DNA from: Vulcanimicrobiota bacterium
Lineage (GTDB): Bacteria; Vulcanimicrobiota; Vulcanimicrobiia; Vulcanimicrobiales; Vulcanimicrobiaceae
Direction: 5' to 3'
Assembly: GCA_963809255.1 (NCBI GenBank)
Contig: CAWEIR010000003.1
Span: 759,049 to 823,048, forward strand
Length of the DNA: 64,000 bases
In this document: positions 40,392-50,580 of the stretch, in pieces
Layout: every line of letters begins with the position of its first letter
How positions within the stretch are numbered: the first letter of the stretch is position 1
Position numbers and translations under genes: made by a program
Notes under the pieces: generated by a model
The model's database searches: none
Told to the model about the DNA's origin: nothing
What the model saw: only the letters and a program-made list of their open reading frames with translations

Positions 40392-41666
40392 TACAGTCCC
40401 GCTTCTACGAGAAGCTCGACAAGGACTCTTATCGAACCCAACGGCACTCGGCGATCGCTTCGGTGCTCCAGGTCCCGCAATACCGCCTCACCCGCGGCAA
40501 GCTCGTCGCTCCCGAGAATCAACGCGTAGCGCGCCCGGTTACGGTCGGCGATCTTCAACTGAGCGAGCAGCTTACGCTCGAGATAGTCGGCGAAGGTTGG
40601 CGCCTCGAGCGTGCGGCGCAGCTCTGCGACAATCGGCGCCAGGACCGTGCGCGCTTGTGCTCCTAGCGCGATGGCTTGGAGGCCGCTTCGCGGGCCTTGT
40701 TCTTGCGAGTCGCGGACCTGGAGCATCATAAGGAAGCGTTCCATGCCAAGGGCAAAGCCGACCGCGGGCACGTCCGGGCCGCCAAGTGATTTCACCAAGC
40801 TATCGTACCGGCCGCCACCGCAAACGCTGCTTTGCGCCCCGAGTACGCTCGACGTGATCTCGAAAACGGTTCTTCCATAGTAGTCGAGTCCGCGCACGAT
40901 GCGCGGGTTGATCGTATACGGAATGGCGGCCAAATCGAGGTACGATTTGAGCGCGTCAAAGTGCTCCCGGCAGGGCGCGCACAGAAACGATTCCAATGCC
41001 GGCGCGCTTTGCACGTATGGAGCGTCCGCCGGATCCTTGCTGTCGAGCAACCGCAGCGGGTTGCGCTCGATTCGAAGCCGCGATTCCTGACTCAGCGCGG
41101 CCAGGTGCGGGCTGAAGTGCGCAACCAACGCGTCGCGATAGGCCGGCCGGCAACACTCGTCGCCGATCGAGTTGAGATTGAGCACCGCATCGCCGATCCC
41201 ATATCCGCGCACCAGCTCCCACGCGAGCGAGATAACTTCCAAGTCCGCTTCGGGACCCGCGAAACCAAAACACTCGACGCCAAACTGATGCGACTGGCGA
41301 TAGCGGCCCTTCTGCGGACGCTCGTAGCGAAAGATCGGTCCGATGTAATAGAGGCGCTGCGGCCCGAGCGAAAAGAGATGATGTTCGAGCGCGGCACGGA
41401 CCACCGGCGCCGTCCATTCCGGGCGCAGCGTCAAACTGCGGCCGGAACGGTCGGCGAACGTGTACATCTCTTTTTCCACGATGTCGGTCTGCGCGCCGAC
41501 GCCGCGGATGAAGAGTTCGGTTCGACTCGAAGACCGGTGTGCGAATCTCGCCGTAGCCAAAACGCGCCGCGAGAACGTGTATCCGTGCTTCGAGCTCGTT
41601 CCAGCGCCCCGACTCGGGAGGAACGAAGTCCTGGGTGCCGCGGGGGGCGCCAAAGTTCTCGGGCAT
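40391..41666 (-). pseudogene. hisS: histidine--tRNA ligase, interrupted as assembled by a 1-nt insertion at ~41521-41525
   Basis: ORF 40956..41666 reads MPENFGAPRGTQDF...GYGEIRTPVFES and then goes out of frame. The ORF ending at 40391 resumes TELFIRGVGAQTDIVEKEMYTF...RPEWTAPVVRA...FRYERPQKGRYRQSHQFG. The span is 1276 nt, i.e. 3n+1. Confidence 0.93.
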
Positions 41667-41745
41667 ACTGCTAAGACTCGTCTCTCATCCGGCCGACCGG
41701 TTCGCCGGGTCGATTGACTAGCCATTGCGAGGGCACGCGTGATGG

Positions 41746-42885
41746 TTGCCGGTGCGTATCGTACTCTACGCAGTCGCACTGCTCGCCCTTGCAACGCTCT
41801 CCACGCCTGACGCCCTGCGCTGCGCGCTGGCAACGTCGGCGAGCGCTCTTTTTGAAGCCGCACCATTCTTGCTCGCCGGCATCATTGCCGGACGCCTCTT
41901 ACGCCACTCCAATGCCATGGCGTATCTCGGTTGCGGCTGCACGGCCGGACCATCGGCGCGCTCACTTCCCGCAGCGGCTGCGACGTGGCTACTCTTCGGT
42001 CCGCTCGTCGCCGCCGCGCGGTTCGGCGCCGCCGTCGTGGCCGCGCGTTTGCTCCGCCACGAAGATCGCCGGCCCGGCTGCTCGCAGCCGCCGGATCTGC
42101 TCGGCGAGTTTGCCACGCTTCTTCCGCCGGCAATCCTCACCGGTGCCACGACACAGTTCGCCGCCGCAGTCGACCCTGCAAAGCTTCCGCCGCTGCTCGG
42201 CGCGGCGGCAGGCGCGATGCTCGGATTCACGACGGCGCCCTGTGGGCTTGGGGCCATCGCGGTCGCGGGCGCGCTGCGCGTCCAAGCCCCAATCGCGGCG
42301 GCGGCCTTTCTCTGCGTGGCCGGAATCATCGACTTACGTGCGCTTCGGCAGCCGACGCACTCGGACAACGGCCACGATGCGCTCGCCTACGCGCTGCTAG
42401 CCGCGGCGTTTGCAATCGTCGCGTCACGGCGCGGCGACGCCCTCGTTCATCCCGCAATCACGCCCCTGATGGCGGCGTGCGCCGGCGCGGCGCTGATCTG
42501 CGCGATTGCGTATCGACGCGAGCAAAACCCGGCGCGGCGATGCGCGCCCGTTTTGATGTTGGCCGGCGCGATGATCGGCGCCCCGCCGCCGCAGTACCAC
42601 GCCACCGAAACGACGCTCGCCGATCTCTTTGCGGGCGAGCATTTGACGTTCACTGGAACGCTTGCGCGCAGCGGGGCGGAGAGCGCTTTGGTGCGCTATG
42701 CGATCACGTGTTGTCGCGCCGATGCGGCTCCCGTCGTCGTCCGTCTCGACCGCGCCCCCCGCTTCGCCACGGGGAGCTGGCTGCGCGTTGACGGACGCAT
42801 CGAGAGCATCGGCGGCAACCTTCGCCTGATTGCCGGCAGCGCGCAACGCATCGCGCCGCCGACCGATCCCTTCATCTACCGCTGA
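41746..42885 (+). CDS. polytopic membrane protein: permease-like N-terminal part (GCGC motif) with a TIGR03943/DUF1980-like C-terminal domain
   Basis: Motif LGCGCTAGP and several TM helices. The C-terminus has ...VRYAITCCRADAAPVVVRL...WLRVDGRI, resembling the CC-motif domain of DUF1980 proteins. Assigned by resemblance only. Confidence 0.45.
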   Translation: MPVRIVLYAVALLALATLSTPDALRCALATSASALFEAAPFLLAGIIAGRLLRHSNAMAYLGCGCTAGPSARSLPAAAATWLLFGPLVAAARFGAAVVAARLLRHEDRRPGCSQPPDLLGEFATLLPPAILTGATTQFAAAVDPAKLPPLLGAAAGAMLGFTTAPCGLGAIAVAGALRVQAPIAAAAFLCVAGIIDLRALRQPTHSDNGHDALAYALLAAAFAIVASRRGDALVHPAITPLMAACAGAALICAIAYRREQNPARRCAPVLMLAGAMIGAPPPQYHATETTLADLFAGEHLTFTGTLARSGAESALVRYAITCCRADAAPVVVRLDRAPRFATGSWLRVDGRIESIGGNLRLIAGSAQRIAPPTDPFIYR

Positions 42886-42894
42886 TGAGTATCG

Positions 42895-43278
42895 CTAACG
42901 AGGCTCCAAGAGCTCGACCGGGATGCCGTTTGGATCTTCGACGAAGGCGATCGCGCGGGTACCGCCCGGAGACTTGTAGACGTCTTTTAAAATCTTCACG
43001 CCCTTGGATCGCAGCGCATCGACGTACTCGCGAAGATCGCCGTCGGCTTCGAGGGCCAGGTGTTCGTAGCGGTTACCCAACGCATACGGGGGATGCTCTT
43101 CCAAGTCGTAGACGAGCTCGACGTACGCGTCCCAATCGCGGCCGACGAACGCCATATCGGCGTTACCGGGATAGTGAAACGGGCCGTCGAGCAAACGCAA
43201 TCCAAGTTTCTCGGTGTAAAAGTCGATCGACTCGTTCATGTCGTTGACAAAGATCGACGTGTGAAGGAAACGCGGCAT
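42895..43278 (-). CDS. VOC family protein / lactoylglutathione lyase (glyoxalase I-like)
   Basis: 127 aa with LHTSIFVNDMNESIDFY...YEHLALEA...FVEDPNGIPVELLE. Confidence 0.8.
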   Translation of the reverse strand: MPRFLHTSIFVNDMNESIDFYTEKLGLRLLDGPFHYPGNADMAFVGRDWDAYVELVYDLEEHPPYALGNRYEHLALEADGDLREYVDALRSKGVKILKDVYKSPGGTRAIAFVEDPNGIPVELLEPR

Positions 43279-43290
43279 TCGAGGCTCCTC

Positions 43291-44874
43291 CTAATGCAGA
43301 AAATAGCGATAGCTCGAAAAAACCAGCGCGACGTCGAGGCGATCGGCCGCTGCGACGACTTCACCGTCTCGAACCGATCCGCCGGGCGCGATAATCGCCG
43401 TGCATCCACCGGCGACGGCGGCTTCCAAACCGTCGGCAAACGGAAAGAACCCATCGCTAGCGCACGCGGCGCCTTTGGCATGCTCGCCGGCGCGCTGCGA
43501 CGCAATCTGCACGGCACTCACGCGGTTTGTCTGCCCCGCGCAGATTCCACGGGTCGTTCCGCCGTTAACGATCGCGATGCCGTTGCTTTTCACGTGCCGG
43601 ACGACATCCCAAGCAAACGCGAGATCGTGCCACTGCTGCGGGCTTGGTTGTCGACGACTGACGACGCGCCACTCTTCTGCCGGTGCGGCCGGATCGTCAT
43701 TTTCAGCGAGGACCCCGCCGAGCGCGCTTCGGAGGCGCAGCTCGTGCGCCAGCTCGTCGGGGAGCGATTTTCCAAAGCGCATGATGCGAAGGTTCTTCTT
43801 TTGCCTGAGCAGGTCGAGCGCATCCGGATCGAAGTCCGGCGCGGCGACGATCTCGAGGAAGTATCGGCCAAGCGCTTGCGCAGCCGCGGCGTCGATCGGA
43901 GCGTCGGCTGCAACGATTCCCCCGAATGCCGAAACCGGATCGGCTTCGAGCGCTTCTCGAACGGCCAAGCCAACGTGCGAACGTTGGGCGACGCCGCAGG
44001 GAACCGTATGCTTCACCACGGCCGCGCGAATGAAGCGTTCGCGATCGCTTCCGAACTCGGCGCCGAGCGGTGCGCGGGAGAGCAGCCGCAGCGTCGCATC
44101 GAGATCGAGCAAATTATTATAGGAAAGCGCCTTTCCGTGGAGCTGCTCGGGCAGACGCTCGGGCCGGTCGAGGTAGAACGCGGCGCGCTCCTGCGGATTT
44201 GTGCCGTACCGCAGACGTTTGGCAAGAGGCAACGTCAGTGCCAGCGCGCCGGGGAGCTCGCTGGGTAAGATTTCCCCCGCTGCGGCAAGATAGTGCGAAA
44301 TGGCAACGTCGTACTCTGCGGTTCGTTCGTAGGCCGCGATTGCATACTTGCGGCGCAGCGCCGGCGGCACGTCACCCGACTCGATCGCGCTGCGATATTC
44401 CGCATACTGCGAAGGATGCGTGAGGACGGCGACGTGCTCGAAGTTTTTGGCCGCAGCTCTCAACAACGCAACGCCCCCGATATCGATCTGCTCGATCGCT
44501 TCTTCTTCCGTCGTACCGGGGCGCGCGACCGTCGCTTCGAAAGGATAGAGGTTCACGACGACCGCGCAGATTTCCGCAATCGCGTATTTTTGCGCTTGTG
44601 ATTTGTGCTCGAGATCGGTTCGATCGAAGAGTATCGCGCCGAAAATCTTGGGATGCAGAGTCTTGACCCGGCCGCCGAAGAGCGCCGGAAAACCGGTGAC
44701 GTCCTCAACGTCTCTGGCCCGTACGCCCTCCCGCTGTAGGAAAGCTCGCGTTCCGCCCGTTGCGTAAATCTCAACCCCGCGCCGCTCGAGCGCGCGGGCC
44801 AGCTCGGCCGAACCGGTCTTGTCGAAAACAGAGATGAGTGCTGCTCGTCGCGTTGCCGCCGGGGCGTCAGGCAA
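43291..44874 (-). CDS. purH: bifunctional AICAR formyltransferase / IMP cyclohydrolase
   Basis: Motifs ALISVFDKTG, TGGT, GGRVKTLHPKI, KHVKSNGI and C-terminal RYFLH. Confidence 0.95.
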   Translation of the reverse strand: MPDAPAATRRAALISVFDKTGSAELARALERRGVEIYATGGTRAFLQREGVRARDVEDVTGFPALFGGRVKTLHPKIFGAILFDRTDLEHKSQAQKYAIAEICAVVVNLYPFEATVARPGTTEEEAIEQIDIGGVALLRAAAKNFEHVAVLTHPSQYAEYRSAIESGDVPPALRRKYAIAAYERTAEYDVAISHYLAAAGEILPSELPGALALTLPLAKRLRYGTNPQERAAFYLDRPERLPEQLHGKALSYNNLLDLDATLRLLSRAPLGAEFGSDRERFIRAAVVKHTVPCGVAQRSHVGLAVREALEADPVSAFGGIVAADAPIDAAAAQALGRYFLEIVAAPDFDPDALDLLRQKKNLRIMRFGKSLPDELAHELRLRSALGGVLAENDDPAAPAEEWRVVSRRQPSPQQWHDLAFAWDVVRHVKSNGIAIVNGGTTRGICAGQTNRVSAVQIASQRAGEHAKGAACASDGFFPFADGLEAAVAGGCTAIIAPGGSVRDGEVVAAADRLDVALVFSSYRYFLH

Positions 44875-47800
44875 CCGACATCTCCGCCTGCGCTGCGAGT
44901 TCCGCCGAAACGATCGCGCTGACTCCGGCTTCTTTGGTCGTTACGCCGTATAGACGATCCGCACTCTCCATCGTCTTCTTATTGTGCGTGACGATGAGCA
45001 TTTGAGACTTTACGGCGAACTCGCGCACCATCTGGCAGAACCGTTCGATGTTCGCATCGTCAAGTGCGGCGTCCACCTCGTCGAGCAGATAGAACGGCGC
45101 GGGCTTGATCTCGATGAGCGCAAAAATCAACGCCGCAGCGGTCATGGCGCGTTCGCCGCCCGAGAGTGCAGTCAGCGGCATCTGTTTTTTGCCAGGCGGC
45201 TGCACCGCGATTTCAATGCCCGTTTCCGCGAGGTTGGCGGGCTCCGTCTGCCACATCTTGGCCTGGCCGCCCGCAAAAAGCCGGCCATACATTGTCGAGA
45301 ACGCGGCGGCCACGCGCTCGAAGGTCGCATTGAACTGCGCTTGACTCTCCCGTTCGATCTCTTGGATTGACTCGAGCAGCGTCGCACGCGCCTTCGCGAG
45401 ATCCTCGAGCTGCACGCGCAGAAACTCCTCGCGCTGCGCGACGTCATCGCGCTCGGCCTCGGCGTTGAGGTTGACGTTCGATTCCAAACGCACGAGGTCG
45501 TCGCGAAGCCGTGGAAGCTCTTCGACCACCGCATCGGCTTCGTCCCGATACCGGCTCTCCACGTCGGCGCATTCTTCATTCGTAGCTGGGTGCTGCGCGA
45601 ACTGCGAGACAAGCATTCCCAGTTCGGCTTCGATCTGCGCTAATCGCGTGCGGTGACGCTCGCCGCCGGCTGCAGCGTCGCGCTCTTCCTGTTCGGCCAG
45701 CCTCAGCTCCGATTCGACGCGAGCCTGTCCCGTTACGAGTTCCTCACGCTCTTTGCGAGATTGCTCGAGCCGCGCGTCGAGCGAAACAACGCCGCGCCAC
45801 AAACCTTCGAGATGAAGGTGCGCGCTGCGGGTCTCTTCCATCAGCAAAGCGATCTCGGCCAACATGCGCTCCCGTGCCGACCCGGCGCGCGCACGATCCT
45901 GATCGAGCATTCCGAGCCTCGCGTTGGCCGCATCCCGTTCGGCAGCGAGCCCGCCGGTTCGCTCGCGCAAATCGGCGGCGTGCGCGCTCGCCGCGGTCTG
46001 CGCCGTTTGCGCGGCAGCAATCTCCTCACGGACGCGGGCAAGCTCGGTTTCCAAGCGTAGCCGTTCGTCGTCGCTTTTTTGGGCTTCGGGATCGCTGCGC
46101 TCGTACTCGCGCTGGAGCTCTCGCGATTGGAGGACCTGCTCGTGCAGGGAAGCCGTTGCGCCGCGCCCCGTTTCGAGCTCGGCCTGCGTCCGCTCGACTT
46201 CTTCGGTAAGGGCCGCGGTTTGCGCGCGCAAGCCGACGAGTTGCGATTCCGCGCGTGCCTGCCGCTCGCGCGCTGCGTCGCGCTCTCCAATGGCAGCGTG
46301 GGCACGAGCCTGAGCTCCTCGCAGGGCCTGCTCGGACTCGTCGAGTCGCAGCCGCATGTCCGCCAACGCTTCGCGAAGGCTCGCAGCCAGAAATCGCCGC
46401 GAAAGGATCGAGCGCTCGCGCGCAAAGCGTCCGCCGGTAATCGCACCGCCTCCGGTGATTTGCTCGCCGCCCAGCGTCACGATCGTGTCTCGCACGCCCC
46501 GCTCCCGGACGAGTTCGATGCCGGTCTCGAGCCGATCGACGATCAAAACGTTACCGACCAAGAAGTTGACGATGCTCGCATAGCGCGGCGCCGTCTGCAG
46601 CAGCGTGTGCGCATAACCGAGAACTCCGGGCACGGCGGCCAGCCCAGGTTCGAGATTTCGGCCTTGACGATCGGAGAGGGTGTCGAGCGGCAGAAAAGTC
46701 GCGCGGCCGGCCTCTTTACGATTGAGAAATTCGACGCACCGTTCGGCGTCTTCGGAGGTCGTCGTGACGACGTTGGAAAGCCGGGCGCCGAAAGCAACGT
46801 CCATCGCCCGAGCGTACCGCTCTTGCGTCGTGATCAGATTCGAAACGATGTCCTCGATCCCGCGCAGCTCGCCGCGCTGCCGCGCTTCGACGACTGCGCG
46901 CGTTCCCGGAACGTGCCCCTCGAGCGAGTTTTCCAGCTCTTCGATGGTGTGCAGACGAGATTGCGCCGCTGCGACGTCGCCAGTTTGATCGCGATGCGCG
47001 CCCAGCGCCGCCGCGACTTCCTCTTGCGCGGCCCCGGCCTGGAGTTCCGCATTCTCCGCGCGACCGCGCGCATCGAGCAGTTCTTCTTCGAGCGCTGCGA
47101 TTTGGCGGTGGCATTGCCCGTGACGGTGTGATGCCCCACCCGCGGCAATCTCGAGTTGCTCTGCGCGCTCGCGAGCGGTCTGCTCTTCTCGCTCGAGCCG
47201 CTCGACTTCGGTGCGACGCGTTTGTGCTTGAACCCGCCGCTCCGCCTTGCGGGTGGCCTGCTCCGTCGCGCCAGCTTCGACTTCGCGCAGCTCGGTGAAA
47301 ACCTTTTCCAGTTGCGCGCGCGCCTGTGAGAGCGTCGCTTGCGCCTCGAGCTCGCGCTCCCGCGCTTCTTCCAGCGCTTGCGATAGCGGCCCGAGGCGTG
47401 CCTCCAGCTGCTCCATCGCCGTAACGAGCAGCGCGCGCTCTCCAAGCACCCGCGCAGTGTCCTCTGAGGTTTGCGTCGATTGCCGCTCGAGTGCTTCGCG
47501 ACGCGCGAGCGCGGCGGCATACTCCGCCTCTACCCGTGCGACGTCGTTGCGCTCGCTTTGTGACTTCGAGCGCAACTCTTCGAGCTGCAGTTCGCATCGG
47601 TAGAGCTGCGTTCGCAGGCGCGTGACTTCCGCGCCTAGCGTTGCAGCCTTTGCGGCGGCCGCCGCTCGCTGCTCCTCGCCTCGTTCGAGCTCGTCACGTA
47701 ACGAGACCCTTTCGGCGCGGCGTGACGCGCCGGCTCGCAGATAACCGAGGATTTCCAGGTCGCGCAGACGCGCGCTGACGCGGCGGTAGCGCTTCGCCCG

Positions 47801-48430
47801 GCGAAGTTGACTCTCCAACTCGGGAATTCGCCGTTCGAGCTCCGCAATAAGATCGCTGATGCGAATGGCGTTCTGCTCGGTGCGTTCCAAGCGGCGCATC
47901 GACTCGTGTTTGCGCGCCAGAAACTTGCCGATGCCCGCGGTCTCTTCGAAGAGCGAGCGCCGCTCGGCCGGCTTGCTGACAAGGATTGCATCGATCTGTC
48001 CTTGCGAAACGATGGCATAAGAGCCGGGTCCGAGGCCGGTGCCCATGACCAAGTCGAGCACATCGCGTAAACGTACCTGGCTGCGGTTGATGAAATATTC
48101 GCTCTCACCCACGCGATAGGCGCGCCGGGTTATTTCGACTTCGTTGAAGTCGATCGGCAACGCACCGTCGGAGTTATCGAACAGTATCGAGACTTCGGCA
48201 AGACCGAGCGGCTTGCGGCTTTCGTTGCCGGCGAAGATGACGTCTTCCAACCGTCCCGATCGAATGCTCTTGGTCGACGTTTCCCCCAGCACCCATCGAA
48301 ATGCATCCACCAGGTTGGACTTCCCCGAACCGTTCGGACCGACGATCGCCGTGACGCCGTCGCCGAACTCCAGCGCCGTTGGTTCGGCAAACGTTTTGAA
48401 GCCGAACGATCGAATCTTCTTGAGCTTCAC
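44867..48430 (-). CDS. smc: chromosome segregation protein SMC
   Basis: 1187 aa. Walker A GPNGSGKSN, long coiled coils with a hinge, signature LSGGERAMTA, Walker B YLLDEVDAALD. GTGA overlap with rnc. Confidence 0.96.
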   Translation of the reverse strand: MKLKKIRSFGFKTFAEPTALEFGDGVTAIVGPNGSGKSNLVDAFRWVLGETSTKSIRSGRLEDVIFAGNESRKPLGLAEVSILFDNSDGALPIDFNEVEITRRAYRVGESEYFINRSQVRLRDVLDLVMGTGLGPGSYAIVSQGQIDAILVSKPAERRSLFEETAGIGKFLARKHESMRRLERTEQNAIRISDLIAELERRIPELESQLRRAKRYRRVSARLRDLEILGYLRAGASRRAERVSLRDELERGEEQRAAAAAKAATLGAEVTRLRTQLYRCELQLEELRSKSQSERNDVARVEAEYAAALARREALERQSTQTSEDTARVLGERALLVTAMEQLEARLGPLSQALEEARERELEAQATLSQARAQLEKVFTELREVEAGATEQATRKAERRVQAQTRRTEVERLEREEQTARERAEQLEIAAGGASHRHGQCHRQIAALEEELLDARGRAENAELQAGAAQEEVAAALGAHRDQTGDVAAAQSRLHTIEELENSLEGHVPGTRAVVEARQRGELRGIEDIVSNLITTQERYARAMDVAFGARLSNVVTTTSEDAERCVEFLNRKEAGRATFLPLDTLSDRQGRNLEPGLAAVPGVLGYAHTLLQTAPRYASIVNFLVGNVLIVDRLETGIELVRERGVRDTIVTLGGEQITGGGAITGGRFARERSILSRRFLAASLREALADMRLRLDESEQALRGAQARAHAAIGERDAARERQARAESQLVGLRAQTAALTEEVERTQAELETGRGATASLHEQVLQSRELQREYERSDPEAQKSDDERLRLETELARVREEIAAAQTAQTAASAHAADLRERTGGLAAERDAANARLGMLDQDRARAGSARERMLAEIALLMEETRSAHLHLEGLWRGVVSLDARLEQSRKEREELVTGQARVESELRLAEQEERDAAAGGERHRTRLAQIEAELGMLVSQFAQHPATNEECADVESRYRDEADAVVEELPRLRDDLVRLESNVNLNAEAERDDVAQREEFLRVQLEDLAKARATLLESIQEIERESQAQFNATFERVAAAFSTMYGRLFAGGQAKMWQTEPANLAETGIEIAVQPPGKKQMPLTALSGGERAMTAAALIFALIEIKPAPFYLLDEVDAALDDANIERFCQMVREFAVKSQMLIVTHNKKTMESADRLYGVTTKEAGVSAIVSAELAAQAEMSVA

Positions 48431-49155
48431 GTCCCGACCGCGCGCGCCAAGTTTTCGTCATTTGCCGGAGTAAGCGAGATCAGTGCGGCCTCGGCCGCCG
48501 CTTGCTGCGCGGTTTTTTTCGAGGGCCCGTGCCCCTTGCCCACGAGCTTACCGTTGACGGTGACCCTGGAATGGAAGGCCGGGCGTTGCGGCGTGCCCCG
48601 ACTGGTCTCGCGGTACACGGGGGTGGCCGCCAAATGTTCCTGCGCGTAGTGCTGCAAGCGAGTCTTGGCGTCGAGCAACGCGTCCGCGGAGTGATCCAAC
48701 TGCTCGATGTGATACTTAACGACGAACGCGCGTGCCTTGTCGAGCCCGTAGCGCAGGTAGAGCGCGCCGACAAAAGCTTCGACGGCGTCGGCCAGCACCG
48801 ACGTATTATCGCTTCCGCCCGCGGCCCGCATTCCCGCCCCGAGCAGCGTGAGCTCTGAGAACCGTAGCCGTCGCGCCGTTCGGGCAAGCTGCGCGTCGTT
48901 GACGATGGCGGCTTTGCGCAACGTCAGCAATCCCTCGGACTCGTCGGCGAATTGCTCGAAGAGCCATCCCGCCGTGATGCAGCCGAGCACGGAGTCGCCA
49001 AGAAACTCCATTCGGTCGTTCGAGCTGCCGCCGCGCTCTTTTGCATAGCTCTGATGAACGAACGCCATTTCGAATACGCTTAATTCGTCGCGCTTGCGAA
49101 TGCCTGCAAGACGAAGCAGGGCGCGCAACCGCCGCCGATACGCTTCGCCGCTCAT
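48427..49155 (-). CDS. rnc: ribonuclease III
   Basis: Signature NDRMEFLGDSVLG and a C-terminal dsRBD (GPSKKTAQQAAAEAAL). Confidence 0.94.
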   Translation of the reverse strand: MSGEAYRRRLRALLRLAGIRKRDELSVFEMAFVHQSYAKERGGSSNDRMEFLGDSVLGCITAGWLFEQFADESEGLLTLRKAAIVNDAQLARTARRLRFSELTLLGAGMRAAGGSDNTSVLADAVEAFVGALYLRYGLDKARAFVVKYHIEQLDHSADALLDAKTRLQHYAQEHLAATPVYRETSRGTPQRPAFHSRVTVNGKLVGKGHGPSKKTAQQAAAEAALISLTPANDENLARAVGT

Positions 49156-49156
49156 G

Positions 49157-50419
49157 CTACGGTCCGGAACGAACCTTGCCGAGGACGATGACGCTGTTGT
49201 GGCCGCCGAAGCCGAACGAGTTCGAGAGCGCGACGCGAATCGGCGCGTGGCGCGCGACGTTGGGCACGTAATCGAGCCGGCATTGCGGATCGGGGAACTC
49301 GTAGTTGATCGTCGGCGGCATGATATCGTGGTACACGGCCAGCGCCGTCGCTACGCCTTCGATGCCGCCCGCGGCGCCGAGCGCGTGCCCGTGCATCGAT
49401 TTTGTCGAACTTACTCCGATTTTGGAGGCGTGCTCTCCAAAGCTTTTTTCAATCGCACTCGATTCGGCGGGATCGCCCATTGGCGTCGACGTCCCATGCG
49501 CGTTGATATAATCGACGTCCTCGGGGGCGATGCCGGCGCTTGCGAAGGCACGAGCGAAGGCCAAGCGGACGCCCCTGCCCTCTGGATCCGGCGCGACGAG
49601 ATCGTAGGCATCGGCCGATTGGCCGTAGCCGAACAGTTCGCAATAGATCTTGGCTCCGCGAGCCAGCGCGTGTTCGTACTCCTCGAGGACGAGGATCCCC
49701 GCGCCCTCGGCGAGGACGAATCCGTCGCGCTCGCGATCGAACGGGCGGCTCGCTCGGGCCGGATCATCGTTGCGGGTCGACATCGCTCGCATGGAACAAA
49801 AGCCGCCGATCGCCAGCGGCGATACCGTCGCCTCGCTGCCTCCGGCAATCATGGCAATGGCGTCGCCGTACGCAATGGCATTAAATGCAGTCGCGATGGC
49901 ATCATTGCCGCTCGCGCAGGCGCTCGCGGCCGCGAAGAACGGTCCCTGAAAACCGTAGGCCATCGAGATGTGCGCCGTCGCCGCGTTGGCCATCAGCATC
50001 GGAATGAAGAAAGGCGTCACCTTCGACCACGTTCCGTTTTCATTGGCTTTATCGGAGTTGAGCCAAAAGGTGATGATTCCACCAATGCCCGTCCCGACGA
50101 CGCCCCCGACTTGCTGCTTGAACTCTGGATTCTCGGGCAGCTTGGCATCCTCAATTGCTTCCCGTGCGGCAACAAACGCGAACTGCGTGAAGCGGTCCAT
50201 GCGGCGCGCTTCTTTGCGTCCGATGAGCTGCTCGGGATTCCACTCTTTTACTTCGCCCGCGAAACGCGTATCGAAGAGGCTGGCGTCGAAAGCCGTGATT
50301 GGAGCGATTCCGGATTCGCCGGCAATCAGGCGTCTCCAAAAATCCTCGCGGGTGTTTCCGACCGGAGTAACCGCTCCCAGGCCCGTCACGACGACTCGTC
50401 GGCGGGCAGGCGGCTGCAT
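49157..50419 (-). CDS. fabF: beta-ketoacyl-ACP synthase II
   Basis: Motifs RRVVVTGLGAVTP, active-site ASACASG, HGTSTPMGD and GHALGAAGG. ATG 50419 is preferred; the longest ORF starts at TTG 50434. Confidence 0.93.
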   Translation of the reverse strand: MQPPARRRVVVTGLGAVTPVGNTREDFWRRLIAGESGIAPITAFDASLFDTRFAGEVKEWNPEQLIGRKEARRMDRFTQFAFVAAREAIEDAKLPENPEFKQQVGGVVGTGIGGIITFWLNSDKANENGTWSKVTPFFIPMLMANAATAHISMAYGFQGPFFAAASACASGNDAIATAFNAIAYGDAIAMIAGGSEATVSPLAIGGFCSMRAMSTRNDDPARASRPFDRERDGFVLAEGAGILVLEEYEHALARGAKIYCELFGYGQSADAYDLVAPDPEGRGVRLAFARAFASAGIAPEDVDYINAHGTSTPMGDPAESSAIEKSFGEHASKIGVSSTKSMHGHALGAAGGIEGVATALAVYHDIMPPTINYEFPDPQCRLDYVPNVARHAPIRVALSNSFGFGGHNSVIVLGKVRSGP

Positions 50420-50494
50420 TCTGGAGGGGCTCAAAACTTCAGCAAGTTACGGCGGCATCGGGGTGGTTCCCCCTGCCTTTCGCCGAGCTCTGCC

Positions 50495-50523
50495 TTGCGC
50501 TGACCCCGCGCGCCGGATATAAT
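50495..50523 (+). promoter_or_regulatory. candidate sigma-70-type promoter of the rpmH operon
   Basis: TTGCGC (50495-50500), a 17-nt spacer, then a perfect TATAAT (50518-50523), 57 nt upstream of the rpmH ATG. AT-rich hexamers are rare in this genome. Confidence 0.4.
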
Positions 50524-50580
50524 CAGGGGCTGTCTGCCGCATAGGGGTGTGGGGCACTACTCGATCACCGAAGGGACGTT

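Noticed and set aside
50435-50580. DnaA boxes or an AT-rich unwinding element in the fabF|rpmH spacer
   Set aside because: There is only one weak partial match to TGTGGATAA and no AT-rich tract. The 146-nt spacer is largely accounted for by the rpmH promoter and leader.
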